In this document: positions 8,998 to 18,214 of the stretch, piece after piece
Numbering within the stretch: the stretch's first letter is position 1
Layout: each line of letters opens with the position of its first letter
Assembly: GCA_041288095.1 (NCBI GenBank)
Contig: JBGGMJ010000166.1
Span: 1 to 31,482 of the forward strand
Length of the DNA stretch: 31,482 bases
DNA from: Myxococcota bacterium
GTDB lineage: Bacteria > Myxococcota > XYA12-FULL-58-9 > JALHOP01
Direction: 5' to 3'
Position numbers and translations under genes: made by a program
The notes under the pieces: model-generated
The model's database searches: none
Told to the model about the DNA's origin: nothing
The model's input: only the letters and a program-made list of their open reading frames with translations

Positions 8998-10108
8998 CCT
9001 TGAAGGCGCCGATCGGCGTCGCGCTGCCGTTGACCAAGACGTCGACGGCGTGGACGCCGGGGTTGGGCTTGCGGGTCGTGTGCACCTTGAGTGAGACCCG
9101 TGCCTTGAGCGTGGCGCTCGCTCCGCCGGCCAGGGCCAGGCGCTGCACCTTGAAAACCTTCGGCGTCGCCTTGCCGTTTGCTTTGACGAAGTGAACCGCG
9201 AGGTCGACGAGTAGATCCTGGGGCCTGCGCGTCGTGTTGCGAACCGAGAAATGCACTTCGACGCCGTCACCGATGGCGACCTTCTTGGGCTCGAAGCGCA
9301 CGTCTTCGATGGCGACGGTCGCCTTCTTGCCGAAGCCAAGAATGGCAAGGGCTTCACGCTCACCGCGCTTCACGGCGCTGCGCAAGGCGTGCTCGACGAG
9401 AGCGCGACGCTCCGCGGAAGCGGACGCGCTCAACCAGGCGCGGCACGTGCGCGAGAGCAGAGGCGCATGGACCTTGCCCAGGTCGTTCAGGTTGTTGGCG
9501 ACACTGCGGCGGACCACGGTGCTCGGGTCGTCTTTCAAAAGCTCGAGTAGCTCGAGGACGCGCTCGGGATGCTCGTCGAGCCAAGCGACGCGCGGCGCCC
9601 ACGGCAAGCGCAGCCGCGTGCCCTCGGACACCAACCGCCGGACATGCGGTTTGCGGTCGCGCGCCCAACGGGCGAGCTGGGTAAAGACGCGTTCGGGGTC
9701 CTTGGCGATGTAGGGTCTGATGCTCGCCTCGCAGGTGAAGCGTTGCGTCAGCTCGTATTGCGCGCGCATCGACAAGTCGAAGTGGTCGAGGCCGCGTTCC
9801 GCCACGAAAAGCACGTGTGGCAGATAGAAGAAGGGCGCCATGCCGACGCCCATGAGCTCGTCGGTCGCGTGCACCGGCCCGAGCGAGCGCAAGATGACGT
9901 CGATGGCTTCGGGGTAGCTGCTCGGCAGGTGAGCGGCGAGGGCGCGTGAGATGTGCTTGCCACGATCGAGGAGCTCGAGGGCATCCAAGCCCGTGGTCGC
10001 TCGAGCGATGAAAGCGCGCGATGGGAACGCGGGCATGGCGCGGCTCATGTCCTCGGCGAGGCGACGCACGAGGTCCGGAGAGAAGAACGCCTTGAGCTCG
10101 CCCGCCAT
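8969..10108 (-). CDS. alkC: HEAT-like-repeat DNA alkylation repair glycosylase AlkC with C-terminal Ig-like domain
   Basis: ELTQRFTCEASIRPYI, VRRLVSEGTRLRLPW, DPSTVVRRSVANNLNDLGK, and C-terminal VDLAVHFVKANGKATPKVFK...TTRKPNPGVH. Start ATG 10108 overlaps the upstream TGA. Confidence 0.85.
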   Translation of the reverse strand: MAGELKAFFSPDLVRRLAEDMSRAMPAFPSRAFIARATTGLDALELLDRGKHISRALAAHLPSSYPEAIDVILRSLGPVHATDELMGVGMAPFFYLPHVLFVAERGLDHFDLSMRAQYELTQRFTCEASIRPYIAKDPERVFTQLARWARDRKPHVRRLVSEGTRLRLPWAPRVAWLDEHPERVLELLELLKDDPSTVVRRSVANNLNDLGKVHAPLLSRTCRAWLSASASAERRALVEHALRSAVKRGEREALAILGFGKKATVAIEDVRFEPKKVAIGDGVEVHFSVRNTTRRPQDLLVDLAVHFVKANGKATPKVFKVQRLALAGGASATLKARVSLKVHTTRKPNPGVHAVDVLVNGSATPIGAFKVTDRKARSR

Positions 10109-11019
10109 CAACGCACCGGGAGGAAGAGGGGAGCGTCGCGGCCCGCCACCTGCACCAGCACGAGCTCGGGATTGCTCGTGAGTATGTTGAGCCCCTTCCA
10201 GCTCTTGAGCTTGCCGAGCGTCGACTCCTTCACCTTGCCTCCGCTTTCGCGGATGACCTTGCCGCCGGCGACAGCCACCCAACCCTTGGGTGTAGCGACG
10301 ACGCCCAGCACCGGCGATGTGCTGCCGTCCTTTTGCGCCTTGGTGAAGACCGACTCGGCTTGTTGACCGCAGACGCGTGCGATGTAACCGCGTGGCGTCG
10401 GCGCCGTCTGCGCGACCGACACCAACACGCAATCGGGTTTCACCAGGTCGTTGCTCAAGGCGCTGACGTTGGTGATGGCTGCATCGGCGAGCTTCACCTC
10501 GCGCGTGAGACCGGTGAGCCTGTTGATGCTGTAGAGCGGGCCAGCCTCCGACCCTACGAGCACGCCGTCGCTGGTCTGTACGCCGTGAACGACACCCGCG
10601 AAGGCAACCGGAGTCGTGAGCCTCGCGGCCTGCCAGCTGCCTCTATCGATCGACATGATCGTTTTAGCGGTCACGACGCTGAGCGGCCCCTTGCCGGCGA
10701 CGATGGCGTGGCCCTTGTCATCCGTGAGATTGAAGCGCGCCGCGACGGCGGCCAGGGGCGCGATGTCACGGAACTCGTAGGTGCCGCTGCCGAGGCCGGC
10801 GTTCATCACCACGAAGATGAGCGCCATGACGCCGCCATCGGCCGCGCGGTCCATGGATAAGACGAGCTCGGCGGCGATGCTGCTGGCGCCGGTCTTGCGG
10901 TCGTAGACCGTGACGGTCCCTCGCTCGGCTCGCAACCAAAGGCGATCCTTGGCGGCTTCGCCGTCGACGATATCGGTTGGGGCGGATAAAAGTGCAGCAA
11001 GTACAAATAGATAGGTCAC
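10108..11019 (-). CDS. Hypothetical exported beta-rich (propeller-like) protein
   Basis: Short hydrophobic N-terminus MTYLFVLAALLSAP, beta-strand-rich sequence, translationally coupled to alkC (TGATG). Confidence 0.6.
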   Translation of the reverse strand: MTYLFVLAALLSAPTDIVDGEAAKDRLWLRAERGTVTVYDRKTGASSIAAELVLSMDRAADGGVMALIFVVMNAGLGSGTYEFRDIAPLAAVAARFNLTDDKGHAIVAGKGPLSVVTAKTIMSIDRGSWQAARLTTPVAFAGVVHGVQTSDGVLVGSEAGPLYSINRLTGLTREVKLADAAITNVSALSNDLVKPDCVLVSVAQTAPTPRGYIARVCGQQAESVFTKAQKDGSTSPVLGVVATPKGWVAVAGGKVIRESGGKVKESTLGKLKSWKGLNILTSNPELVLVQVAGRDAPLFLPVR

Positions 11020-11062
11020 GTGCGATCGGCCTGCTTAAGTTGATTATTGTCTTGTTTACTAG

Positions 11063-11090
11063 TTGACTAATCAAGCGAAGCGCCTAAATT
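11063..11090 (+). promoter_or_regulatory. Putative sigma70-type promoter of clpB
   Basis: TTGACT(11063-11068)-N16-TAAATT(11085-11090)-N7-ATG(11098) within a conspicuously AT-rich intergenic patch. Confidence 0.55.
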
Positions 11091-11097
11091 AGGGCGC

Positions 11098-13701
11098 ATG
11101 CGAATGGACAAGTTCACCCAAAAAGCGCGCGAAGGCATCCTTGGAGCACAGAGCATCGCCCAAGAGAACGGCCAGCAGTCGGTCGAGCTCGAGCACTTGC
11201 TCATGAGCCTCATCCGCCAGGAAGGCGGCATCATCGTGCCCCTGCTCGAGAAGCTCGGGGCGAGCCCGAGCGAGCTCGAGCAGAGCTTGGTCGCGCGTAC
11301 CGAAAAGATGCCGCGCGTCTCGGGGGGTGACCCGTACCTCGGCAGCTCCCTCAACACCGCGGTGCAGTCGGCGCAGAAATACGCCAAGCAGCTGAACGAC
11401 GACTACGTCTCGACCGAGCATCTGTTGCTCGCCGCCGCCGAGGCCAAGGGTGAGCTCGGCAAGGTGCTCAAGGAAGCCGGCGTCACCGTCGACGCAATCC
11501 TCGGCTCGCTGAAGCAGATTCGCGGCTCGCACCGCGTCACCGACGACAATCCTGAAAATCGCTATCAAGCGCTTGGACGCTACGCGCGCGATCTCACGGA
11601 GTCGGCCAAGAAGGGCAAGACCGACCCCGTCATAGGTCGCGACGACGAGATTCGCCGCGTGCTCCAAGTCCTCGCCCGCCGCACCAAGAACAACCCGGTG
11701 CTCATCGGTGAGCCCGGTGTCGGCAAGACCGCTATCGTGGAGGGCCTCGCTCGCCGCATCATCGACGGCGACGTGCCCATGGGCATGAAGAACAAGCGCA
11801 TCGTCGCGCTCGACCTGGGCGCGCTGGTGGCCGGCGCCAAGTACCGCGGTGAGTTCGAAGATCGCTTGAAGGCGGTGTTGAAAGAGGTCACCGACTCGCA
11901 AGGCGAGATCATTCTCTTCATCGACGAGCTGCATACGCTGGTCGGCGCGGGCGCCGCGGAAGGCGCCATGGACGCCGCCAACTTGCTCAAGCCAGCGCTG
12001 GCGCGCGGCGAGCTGCACTGCATTGGCGCGACTACCTTGGACGAGTACCGCAAGCACATCGAGAAGGACGCGGCGCTCGAGCGTCGCTTCCAGCCGGTCA
12101 TGGTTCATCCACCGAGCGTCGAGGACACCATCTCGATCTTGCGCGGCTTGAAGGAGCGCTACGAGATCCATCACGGCGTGCGCATCCAGGACGGCGCCAT
12201 CGTGGCGGCGGCGACGTTATCGAACCGCTACATCACCGACCGCTTCTTGCCGGACAAGGCGATCGACTTGATCGACGAAGCGGCCTCGCATCTGCGTTTG
12301 CAGATCGATTCGCTGCCGACGGAGATCGATCAGCTCCAGCGCAAGATCACGCAGCTCGAGATCGAGAAGCAGGCCCTGCTCAAGGAGAAGGACGACGGCT
12401 CGAAGGCGCGCCTCACGCGGATCGAGATTGAGCTCTCCGACTTGAAGGAGCAGGACGCGGGTCTGCGCGCGCAGTGGCAAAAAGAGGTGCAGCAGATCAA
12501 AGCCGCGCGCACCGGTAAGGAAGAGCTCGAGGGCCTGCGCAACGAGCAGGCCGACGCCGAGCGACGCGGTGACCTGACCAAGGCGGCCGAGCTCAAGTAC
12601 GGCAAGATCCCCGAGGCCGAGCGCAAGCTGAAAGACGCCGAGGGAGCCGTCGACGGGCAGAGCGGCCGGCGCATGCTCAACGAAGAGGTCACCACCGAGG
12701 AGATCGCGCAGATCGTCGCTCGCTGGACCGGCATCCCTGTCAGCAAGATGCTCGAGAGCGAAATCGAGAAGCTCGTGCGCATGGAGGACAACCTCCGCCA
12801 CCGCGTCGTCGGTCAAGACGAAGCTCTGGCCGCTGTAGCGGACGCGGTGCGTCGCTCTCGCGCGGGGCTCGCTGATCCCAAGCGGCCGGTGGGCAGCTTC
12901 TTGTTCATGGGCCCAACGGGTGTCGGTAAGACCGAGACGGCGCGGGCGCTCGCGGAGTTCATGTTCGATGACGAGCACGCGATGGTGCGTATCGACATGA
13001 GCGAATACATGGAGAAGCACGCGGTGTCGCGCTTGGTCGGCGCGCCTCCCGGCTATGTCGGCTATGACGAGGGCGGTCAGCTCACCGAGGCGGTGCGACG
13101 TCGGCCTTACAGCGTCATTCTCTTCGACGAGATCGAGAAGGCGCATAGCGACGTGTTCAACATCCTCCTACAGGTGCTCGAGGATGGGCGGCTCACGGAC
13201 GGGCAGGGGCGCACGGTCGACTTCCGCAACAGCATCGTCATCATGACGAGCAATGTCGGCAGCGATGCCATCCAGCAGTATGCGGGTCGGGATGATCAGC
13301 GGATGCGCGACCTTGCCATGGACGCGCTGCGCAAGAGCTTCCGGCCGGAGTTCTTGAATCGCATCGACGAGATCGTATTCTTCAAGGCGCTTGGCGAGGA
13401 GCAGATCGTGGGGATCCTCGAGATCCAGCTGCGCGGGCTCGAGAAGCTCCTGGAGGACCGGAACATTCGCATTCTCGTGACTGACGAGGCCAAGCACTAT
13501 TTGGCGCGTGAAGGGTATGACGCGGTCTATGGTGCCAGGCCGCTGAAGCGGACGATTCAGCGGGAGATTCAGAATCCGTTGGCGACGGCGATCCTGCGCG
13601 GGGAGTTCAAGGCGGGGGATACGGTGCGTGTCGGAGCGGACGCGAGTGGGCTTACGTTCAGCAAGGATGCTCAGGATTCGGCGGCGGCGACCGTTCACTG
13701 A
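11098..13701 (+). CDS. clpB: ATP-dependent disaggregase ClpB
   Basis: Clp N repeats; NBD1 GEPGVGKT and ILFIDELH; coiled-coil M domain ([12 protein letters not shown]); NBD2 [39 protein letters not shown]. Confidence 0.98.
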   Translation: MRMDKFTQKAREGILGAQSIAQENGQQSVELEHLLMSLIRQEGGIIVPLLEKLGASPSELEQSLVARTEKMPRVSGGDPYLGSSLNTAVQSAQKYAKQLNDDYVSTEHLLLAAAEAKGELGKVLKEAGVTVDAILGSLKQIRGSHRVTDDNPENRYQALGRYARDLTESAKKGKTDPVIGRDDEIRRVLQVLARRTKNNPVLIGEPGVGKTAIVEGLARRIIDGDVPMGMKNKRIVALDLGALVAGAKYRGEFEDRLKAVLKEVTDSQGEIILFIDELHTLVGAGAAEGAMDAANLLKPALARGELHCIGATTLDEYRKHIEKDAALERRFQPVMVHPPSVEDTISILRGLKERYEIHHGVRIQDGAIVAAATLSNRYITDRFLPDKAIDLIDEAASHLRLQIDSLPTEIDQLQRKITQLEIEKQALLKEKDDGSKARLTRIEIELSDLKEQDAGLRAQWQKEVQQIKAARTGKEELEGLRNEQADAERRGDLTKAAELKYGKIPEAERKLKDAEGAVDGQSGRRMLNEEVTTEEIAQIVARWTGIPVSKMLESEIEKLVRMEDNLRHRVVGQDEALAAVADAVRRSRAGLADPKRPVGSFLFMGPTGVGKTETARALAEFMFDDEHAMVRIDMSEYMEKHAVSRLVGAPPGYVGYDEGGQLTEAVRRRPYSVILFDEIEKAHSDVFNILLQVLEDGRLTDGQGRTVDFRNSIVIMTSNVGSDAIQQYAGRDDQRMRDLAMDALRKSFRPEFLNRIDEIVFFKALGEEQIVGILEIQLRGLEKLLEDRNIRILVTDEAKHYLAREGYDAVYGARPLKRTIQREIQNPLATAILRGEFKAGDTVRVGADASGLTFSKDAQDSAAATVH

Positions 13702-13730
13702 GGGTTCGGACGGGGCTTGATGACCCGCGA

Positions 13731-13756
13731 GGAAACTTTCCCCCACCCCACGCATG
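13731..13756 (+). promoter_or_regulatory. Candidate ECF-sigma promoter copy 1 (GGAAACTTTC-N10-CGCATG)
   Basis: Intergenic, 9 nt before ATG 13766; 15 nt identical with the same spacing to the copy upstream of the ECF sigma gene. Confidence 0.6.
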
Positions 13757-13765
13757 GTCCCCCAC

Positions 13766-15364
13766 ATGCGTCCGTACTTCGCGATCCCGGCCCTCCTATG
13801 CGCCTGCACCGGCCAGATCGATAATCCACCCCCCAACGACGAACCGGCGGAGCTCGCTTCTCTCTGCCCAACCACCACGCTCTCTGTCGCCAAAGCCCCC
13901 CTCCGCCACCTCACGCGCGATCAATACGACAACACCGTCCGCGATCTTCTAGGCGACACCACCACCCCAGCCCGCTCCTTTCCCCCCGACGAGCGCCTGG
14001 GCCACTTCGTCGCCGGTCTCGCAGTCTCGCCACTCCTCGCCGACAAATACATCGAGACCGCGGCCGCGCTCGCCGCCCGCGCCATGCCCCGTCTCGACCA
14101 GCTACTCGGCTGCAACCGCGACGACGCCTGCGCCCATCGCTTCATCGAAACCTTCGGCCTCAAAACGTACAGAAGACCGCTAGAGCGGACGGAAGTCGAC
14201 GCTCTCGCCACCTTCTACGACGAAGCCAAAGCCGCCCATGGCTTCGACACCGCCATGCGCATGCTGCTCGAACGCCTCCTCTCCTCGCCATTCTTCGTCT
14301 ACCGCGTCGAAAGCGGCGGGCCCGGCGACCCGCGCCCCCTCACCAGCTACGAGACCGCCTCGCGCCTCTCGTATTTCCTCTGGCGCACGATGCCGGACGA
14401 CGAGCTCTTTGCCCGTGCCGCGGCCGGTGACCTCGATACCCAAGCCGGCATCGAAGCCGCTGCCCGCGATATGCTCGAGGATCCAAAAGCACGCCCCATG
14501 GTGCGCGACTTCGTCACCCAGTGGCTCGGCCTCTCTCGCCTCGACGAGGTCGCGAAGGATCCCGCTTTCTATCCGCAATTCGACGAGCAGCTCCGCGACA
14601 CCATGCGCGCCGAGACCGAGCGCTTCATCGACTACGTGCTCTTCGAAGGCGACGGCAAGCTCGCGACTCTTCTCTCCGCCTCCTACAGCTTCGTCGACGC
14701 GCGCCTCGCCGAGCTCTACGGCGCGGCGCCAGTCGCCGGCACCGAGCTCAAGCTCCGCAACTTCGACCCCACGCAGCGCGCCGGCCTCCTCACGCAAGCG
14801 AGCGTTCTCTCCATGCTCGCCAAGAGCAACCAAACCTCGCCCGTCCACCGTGGCCTCTTCGTGCGTGAGCGCCTTCTCTGTCAGCCACTCCCGCCCCCGC
14901 CGCCCGACGTCGCCGCCGAAATCCCGAGCCCCGACCCCAACAGCACCGCGCGCCAACGCTTCGCCGCGCACACCGAGAATGCCTCATGCGCCGCCTGTCA
15001 CCGCCTCGTGGACCCGATCGGTTTCGGTTTCGAAAACTACGACGGTATCGGCCGCTATCGCACACAAGATGGAACCCATGCCGTCGACGCCTCCGGCGAG
15101 ATCATCGCCGCTGATGACCTGAGCGGCGTGTTCACCGGCGCCGTCGAGCTCGCCCACAAGCTCGCGCACAGCAAGCAAGTCGAAGCCTGCTTCACCGAGC
15201 AATGGATGCACTATGCCTTGGGCCGTGGTGACAGAGACGATGCTTGCTCGTCCGCTAAAGTGAACGAGCGGTTCGCGGCCACCGGCGGCGACCTCACGGA
15301 GCTCATCATCGCCATCACCACCAGCGATGCCTTCCGCTATCTCGCTGCCTCGGAGGCACCATGA
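13766..15364 (+). CDS. DUF1592-family (DUF1587/1595/1592/1588/1585) lipoprotein with single c-type heme motif
   Basis: Lipobox LLCAC; LRHLTRDQYDNTVRDLLG, LLSSPFFVYRVE, YETASRLSYFLW, RAGLLTQ, TSPVHRG, CAACH...DPIGFGFENYDGIGRYR, YALGR. ATG 13766 preferred over 13754. Confidence 0.92.
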   Translation: MRPYFAIPALLCACTGQIDNPPPNDEPAELASLCPTTTLSVAKAPLRHLTRDQYDNTVRDLLGDTTTPARSFPPDERLGHFVAGLAVSPLLADKYIETAAALAARAMPRLDQLLGCNRDDACAHRFIETFGLKTYRRPLERTEVDALATFYDEAKAAHGFDTAMRMLLERLLSSPFFVYRVESGGPGDPRPLTSYETASRLSYFLWRTMPDDELFARAAAGDLDTQAGIEAAARDMLEDPKARPMVRDFVTQWLGLSRLDEVAKDPAFYPQFDEQLRDTMRAETERFIDYVLFEGDGKLATLLSASYSFVDARLAELYGAAPVAGTELKLRNFDPTQRAGLLTQASVLSMLAKSNQTSPVHRGLFVRERLLCQPLPPPPPDVAAEIPSPDPNSTARQRFAAHTENASCAACHRLVDPIGFGFENYDGIGRYRTQDGTHAVDASGEIIAADDLSGVFTGAVELAHKLAHSKQVEACFTEQWMHYALGRGDRDDACSSAKVNERFAATGGDLTELIIAITTSDAFRYLAASEAP

Positions 15365-16656
15365 AGAGACAGTCGCGGCGTGCGTTCCTCGGTAGTCTCG
15401 GCGCCACCGCGGCGTTGCTGCCGTTCTTGAAGTCGGTCCCGGCTGCCGCGCAGACGACGGGCGCGCCCAAGCGTCTCGTTCTCTTCTACACCTCGAACGG
15501 CACTATCCACGACCGCTGGTTGCCCGCCGGCACCGCCACCGATTGGCGGCTCAGCGAGATCTTGAGCCCTCTCGTCGGCTACGAAAACCGTATCAACGTC
15601 ATCGACGGTATCGACATGGCATCCGCCGGCGTTGGCCCGGGCGACGACCACGCGCGCTGCATGGCGAACCTGTGGACGGGCACCGAGACCGTCGAGCTCG
15701 CGCCCATCGGCACCGTGCCGGTCTACTCGGGGGGCGGTATTTCCGTCGATCAGCACATCGCCAAAGCCATCGGCGGCGCGACGCGCTTCTCGTCTCTGGA
15801 GCTCGGTGTCGAGACCGGGAGCGGCATCTTCGGCGCGATGTCTTACGCCGGCCGCGCCCAGCCGGTGCCGTCCGAGCAGACGCCGGCCGCCGCCTTCGAC
15901 CGCGTCTTCTCCGGCCTCACGGGCACGACTCCGGACGCGACAGCGGTGCTTCGCGAGCAACGTCGCAGCGTCCTCGACAGCCTCACGAGCGACTTTACCC
16001 GCCTTCGCAATCGCATCTCGATCGACGACCGCCCGCAGCTCGACGCGCATCTCGAAGCCATCTTCGATATCGAGCGCCGGCTCGGCTTGCCCAACGACAG
16101 CGAGACGGCCGCCTGCGTGCCACCGCAGCTCATCGGCGACGACGGCGGCTTCGAAGCCGTTGGCCGCTTGCACACCGACATTCTGGTTGCGGCGCTCGCT
16201 TGCGATGCGACCCGTGTCGCGAGTCTCCAGTGGTCGCAGACCCTGAGCTACACGGTCTTCTCGTGGCTCGGGCTCTCCGAATCGCACCACGCGCTCGGTC
16301 ATAGCGGCAGCGCGGGCGAGCCCGGCGTCACCGCCATCAACCACTGGTATGCCGAGCGCTTCGCCTATCTGCTCGACAAGCTGGCCGGCGTCACCGAAGG
16401 CGACCGCAAGCTCCTCGACAATTGCCTCGTGGTTTGGGGCAACGACATGGGCTACGGCCACACCCACTCGCGCAGCAACGTGCCGTTCGTCCTCGCGGGC
16501 AGCGCCGGCGCCACCGTGCTGACCGGCAGATTACTCCGCTATGGCGGTAAGCCACACAACGACCTCTTGGTGTCGGTCTGCAACGCCATGGGGTTGTCGA
16601 CGACCACCTTCGGCGACCCCGAATTCTGCAATGGACCGCTTCCTGGGTTGGTGTAA
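15361..16656 (+). CDS. DUF1552 (HXXSHH) family protein, Tat-exported
   Basis: Twin-arginine SRRAFLGSLG; PKRLVLFYTSNG, SVDQHIA, SLELG, RRSVLD, ALACDATRV, HHALGH, LLDN, H...NVPFVLAG, FGDP. ATGA overlap with the DUF1592 gene. Confidence 0.92.
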   Translation: MKRQSRRAFLGSLGATAALLPFLKSVPAAAQTTGAPKRLVLFYTSNGTIHDRWLPAGTATDWRLSEILSPLVGYENRINVIDGIDMASAGVGPGDDHARCMANLWTGTETVELAPIGTVPVYSGGGISVDQHIAKAIGGATRFSSLELGVETGSGIFGAMSYAGRAQPVPSEQTPAAAFDRVFSGLTGTTPDATAVLREQRRSVLDSLTSDFTRLRNRISIDDRPQLDAHLEAIFDIERRLGLPNDSETAACVPPQLIGDDGGFEAVGRLHTDILVAALACDATRVASLQWSQTLSYTVFSWLGLSESHHALGHSGSAGEPGVTAINHWYAERFAYLLDKLAGVTEGDRKLLDNCLVVWGNDMGYGHTHSRSNVPFVLAGSAGATVLTGRLLRYGGKPHNDLLVSVCNAMGLSTTTFGDPEFCNGPLPGLV

Positions 16657-16679
16657 CGCCGTCGCCATGGGATAGTGCC

Positions 16680-16701
16680 TTGCCCGGATCCGGCCGGGCA
16701 A
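16680..16701. other. GC-rich inverted repeat (8-bp stem) between DUF1552 and the next gene
   Basis: TTGCCCGG-atccgg-CCGGGCAA; no U-tract, so not a canonical intrinsic terminator. Confidence 0.45.
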
Positions 16702-16709
16702 CGAGACCC

Positions 16710-17639
16710 GTGCGGCCCACACTTCTCATCGCGGCGATCATCGCCACCCCCTTGGCGTCTGCGAAAGCGACGCGACCAGTCGCGGTCGACTGGTCGGGTG
16801 TGTCCGACAAGACGATCGAGCAGTGCCGGCTCCGCGGCCTCGAGGGTTTGCTCATCCAATCGCTCATCGAGGAGCACTACGCCGTCGTCGATAGGGTCGA
16901 CGAGAACGGCATCAGCGTCGCCGTGACCGCCGGGCTCTCGAGCTTCGAGCTTCGCGTCGCGAGCCAGGGCGTCGTCCAGTTCGACTGGATCGACATCCCC
17001 AAGCCTTGCGACAGCTCCATCCAGCTCGACATCGTCCAACGCGTCACCTCGATGACCCGCGCCGTCGATGTGAAGACCGGAGGCGCGGCCCGCCCGAGCG
17101 ATGTCGACCTGTCGGCGCCCCCAGCGCAGACGGGGCGGCGAGCCCAGGAGGAGAAGCGCCCTCCCGCGGTTTCTCGCGCGCCCATCGAGATCGACTTCCA
17201 GATGGCATTTCCCGGTCACCTGACGCCGCTCCTCGGGGGCGCTATCCAACTTCACGTCGATCTCGGGGCCGCGTTCCTGACGATCGCGCCCGAATGCACG
17301 GTGCGCAAAGAGACCGATCTCACGCTCTTCGAGCCGGCGCTCGCGGTCGGCATCGGCAAAACCCTGGGTGGGGCGCATCCGTTCGCCTTCGATATCGGGC
17401 TCGAGGCCGCCGGCATCGTCCACCTCTACTCGAGCAAATTCGACGATGTCGCCGAGACCGGCGGGCACGTCGACGGGCGTATCGGCCTACCCCTGGCGGT
17501 GACCGGCGGTCGGGGTCGCGCCACCATCACCGTCATGCCCTACATGCGTTTCTTACGCCTCGAGCATTTCTTTGCTGACTCGCGCACTTATACCTCCGAG
17601 CGCTGGGGTATACTGGTGCGTGTGGGTGTTGGCCTGTAA
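16710..17639 (+). CDS. Hypothetical exported protein, possible C-terminal outer-membrane beta-barrel
   Basis: Signal peptide (V)RPTLLIAAIIATPLASA; N-domain with a Cys pair; Pro/Ala linker; amphipathic beta-strands ending WGILVRVGVGL. GTG 16710 preferred. Confidence 0.65.
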   Translation: MRPTLLIAAIIATPLASAKATRPVAVDWSGVSDKTIEQCRLRGLEGLLIQSLIEEHYAVVDRVDENGISVAVTAGLSSFELRVASQGVVQFDWIDIPKPCDSSIQLDIVQRVTSMTRAVDVKTGGAARPSDVDLSAPPAQTGRRAQEEKRPPAVSRAPIEIDFQMAFPGHLTPLLGGAIQLHVDLGAAFLTIAPECTVRKETDLTLFEPALAVGIGKTLGGAHPFAFDIGLEAAGIVHLYSSKFDDVAETGGHVDGRIGLPLAVTGGRGRATITVMPYMRFLRLEHFFADSRTYTSERWGILVRVGVGL

Positions 17640-17666
17640 GGGCCACGAACAGGCTATTAGCGGGCG

Positions 17667-17692
17667 AGAAACTTTCGCCGACGTCGCGCATG
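17667..17692 (+). promoter_or_regulatory. Candidate ECF-sigma autoregulatory promoter copy 2 (AGAAACTTTC-N10-CGCATG)
   Basis: Directly upstream of the ECF sigma gene. Implies the true start may be GTG 17705 rather than the ATG inside the motif. Confidence 0.6.
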
Positions 17693-18214
17693 AATTCAGA
17701 GAGCGTGGGTGGCCAGCAGTTTGACGCGCTTTACCGCAAACACCATGACGCGGTGTTTCGGGCATGCTTGCGTTTTGCCGCCGGGGATCGGGATTGGGCG
17801 ATGGATCGCGCGCACGATGTCTTCGTAATTTTGGCTCGCCGCATGGGGAAGCTTACCGACACCGACGACCTGGGCGGCTGGCTCTATCGCGTGGCCGTGA
17901 ACACCTGCCTCATGGACCTGCGGCGGGCGCGCGGCTGGCGCAAGGTGAAGGACCAGCTCTTCGGCTGGGTGAGCCCGTCCGCCTCGACCCCCGAGCGCAA
18001 CGCTCAAGCCAAACGCGACGTGTCGAAGCTCGAGCTCGCGGTGCGCGAGCTGCCGGTGAAGCAGCGCGCGCTCATGACCCTCATACACCTCGACGGTAAG
18101 ACCCAGTCCGAAGCGGCGCGCCTGTTGTCGCTGTCGGAGGGACAGGTCTCGAAGCTCTACAAGAAGGCCCTCGCCACGCTGCAAGCGAGCGACTGGGAGA
18201 TCGACCATGGCTAG
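17690..18214 (+). CDS. ECF-family (sigma-70 group 4) RNA polymerase sigma factor
   Basis: Region 2 FDALYRKH...AMDRAHDVF...GGWLYRVAVNTCLMDLRR; region 4 HTH LPVKQRALMTLIHLDGKTQSEAARLLSLSEGQV. Overlaps the FecR gene by 8 nt. Start ATG 17690 or GTG 17705. Confidence 0.92.
   Translation: MNSESVGGQQFDALYRKHHDAVFRACLRFAAGDRDWAMDRAHDVFVILARRMGKLTDTDDLGGWLYRVAVNTCLMDLRRARGWRKVKDQLFGWVSPSASTPERNAQAKRDVSKLELAVRELPVKQRALMTLIHLDGKTQSEAARLLSLSEGQVSKLYKKALATLQASDWEIDHG

Noticed and set aside
10109..10432. Apparent N-terminal extension of AlkC (487-aa ORF)
   Set aside because: Overlaps the upstream gene in another frame; ATG 10108 gives a normal AlkC.
11076..11100. CGCATG at the clpB start (and at atuC, 22417-22422) as further ECF-motif copies
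   Set aside because: No GAAA at the required 15-nt spacing (CGAA and GTGA respectively), and the CATG is simply the start codon.
11089..13146. Long antisense ORFs opposite clpB (361 aa and 309 aa)
   Set aside because: Typical shadow ORFs of high-GC codon bias on a conserved gene; no independent protein motifs.
13702..13730. Possible clpB terminator, dif site or att site at the skew flip
   Set aside because: Only a weak 4-bp dyad, no U-tract, no resemblance to the dif consensus, and no integrase, tRNA or matching direct repeat seen at the other end of the block.
16680..16701. Hairpin as an intrinsic terminator for DUF1552
   Set aside because: No following T-run on either strand; kept only as an unassigned inverted repeat.
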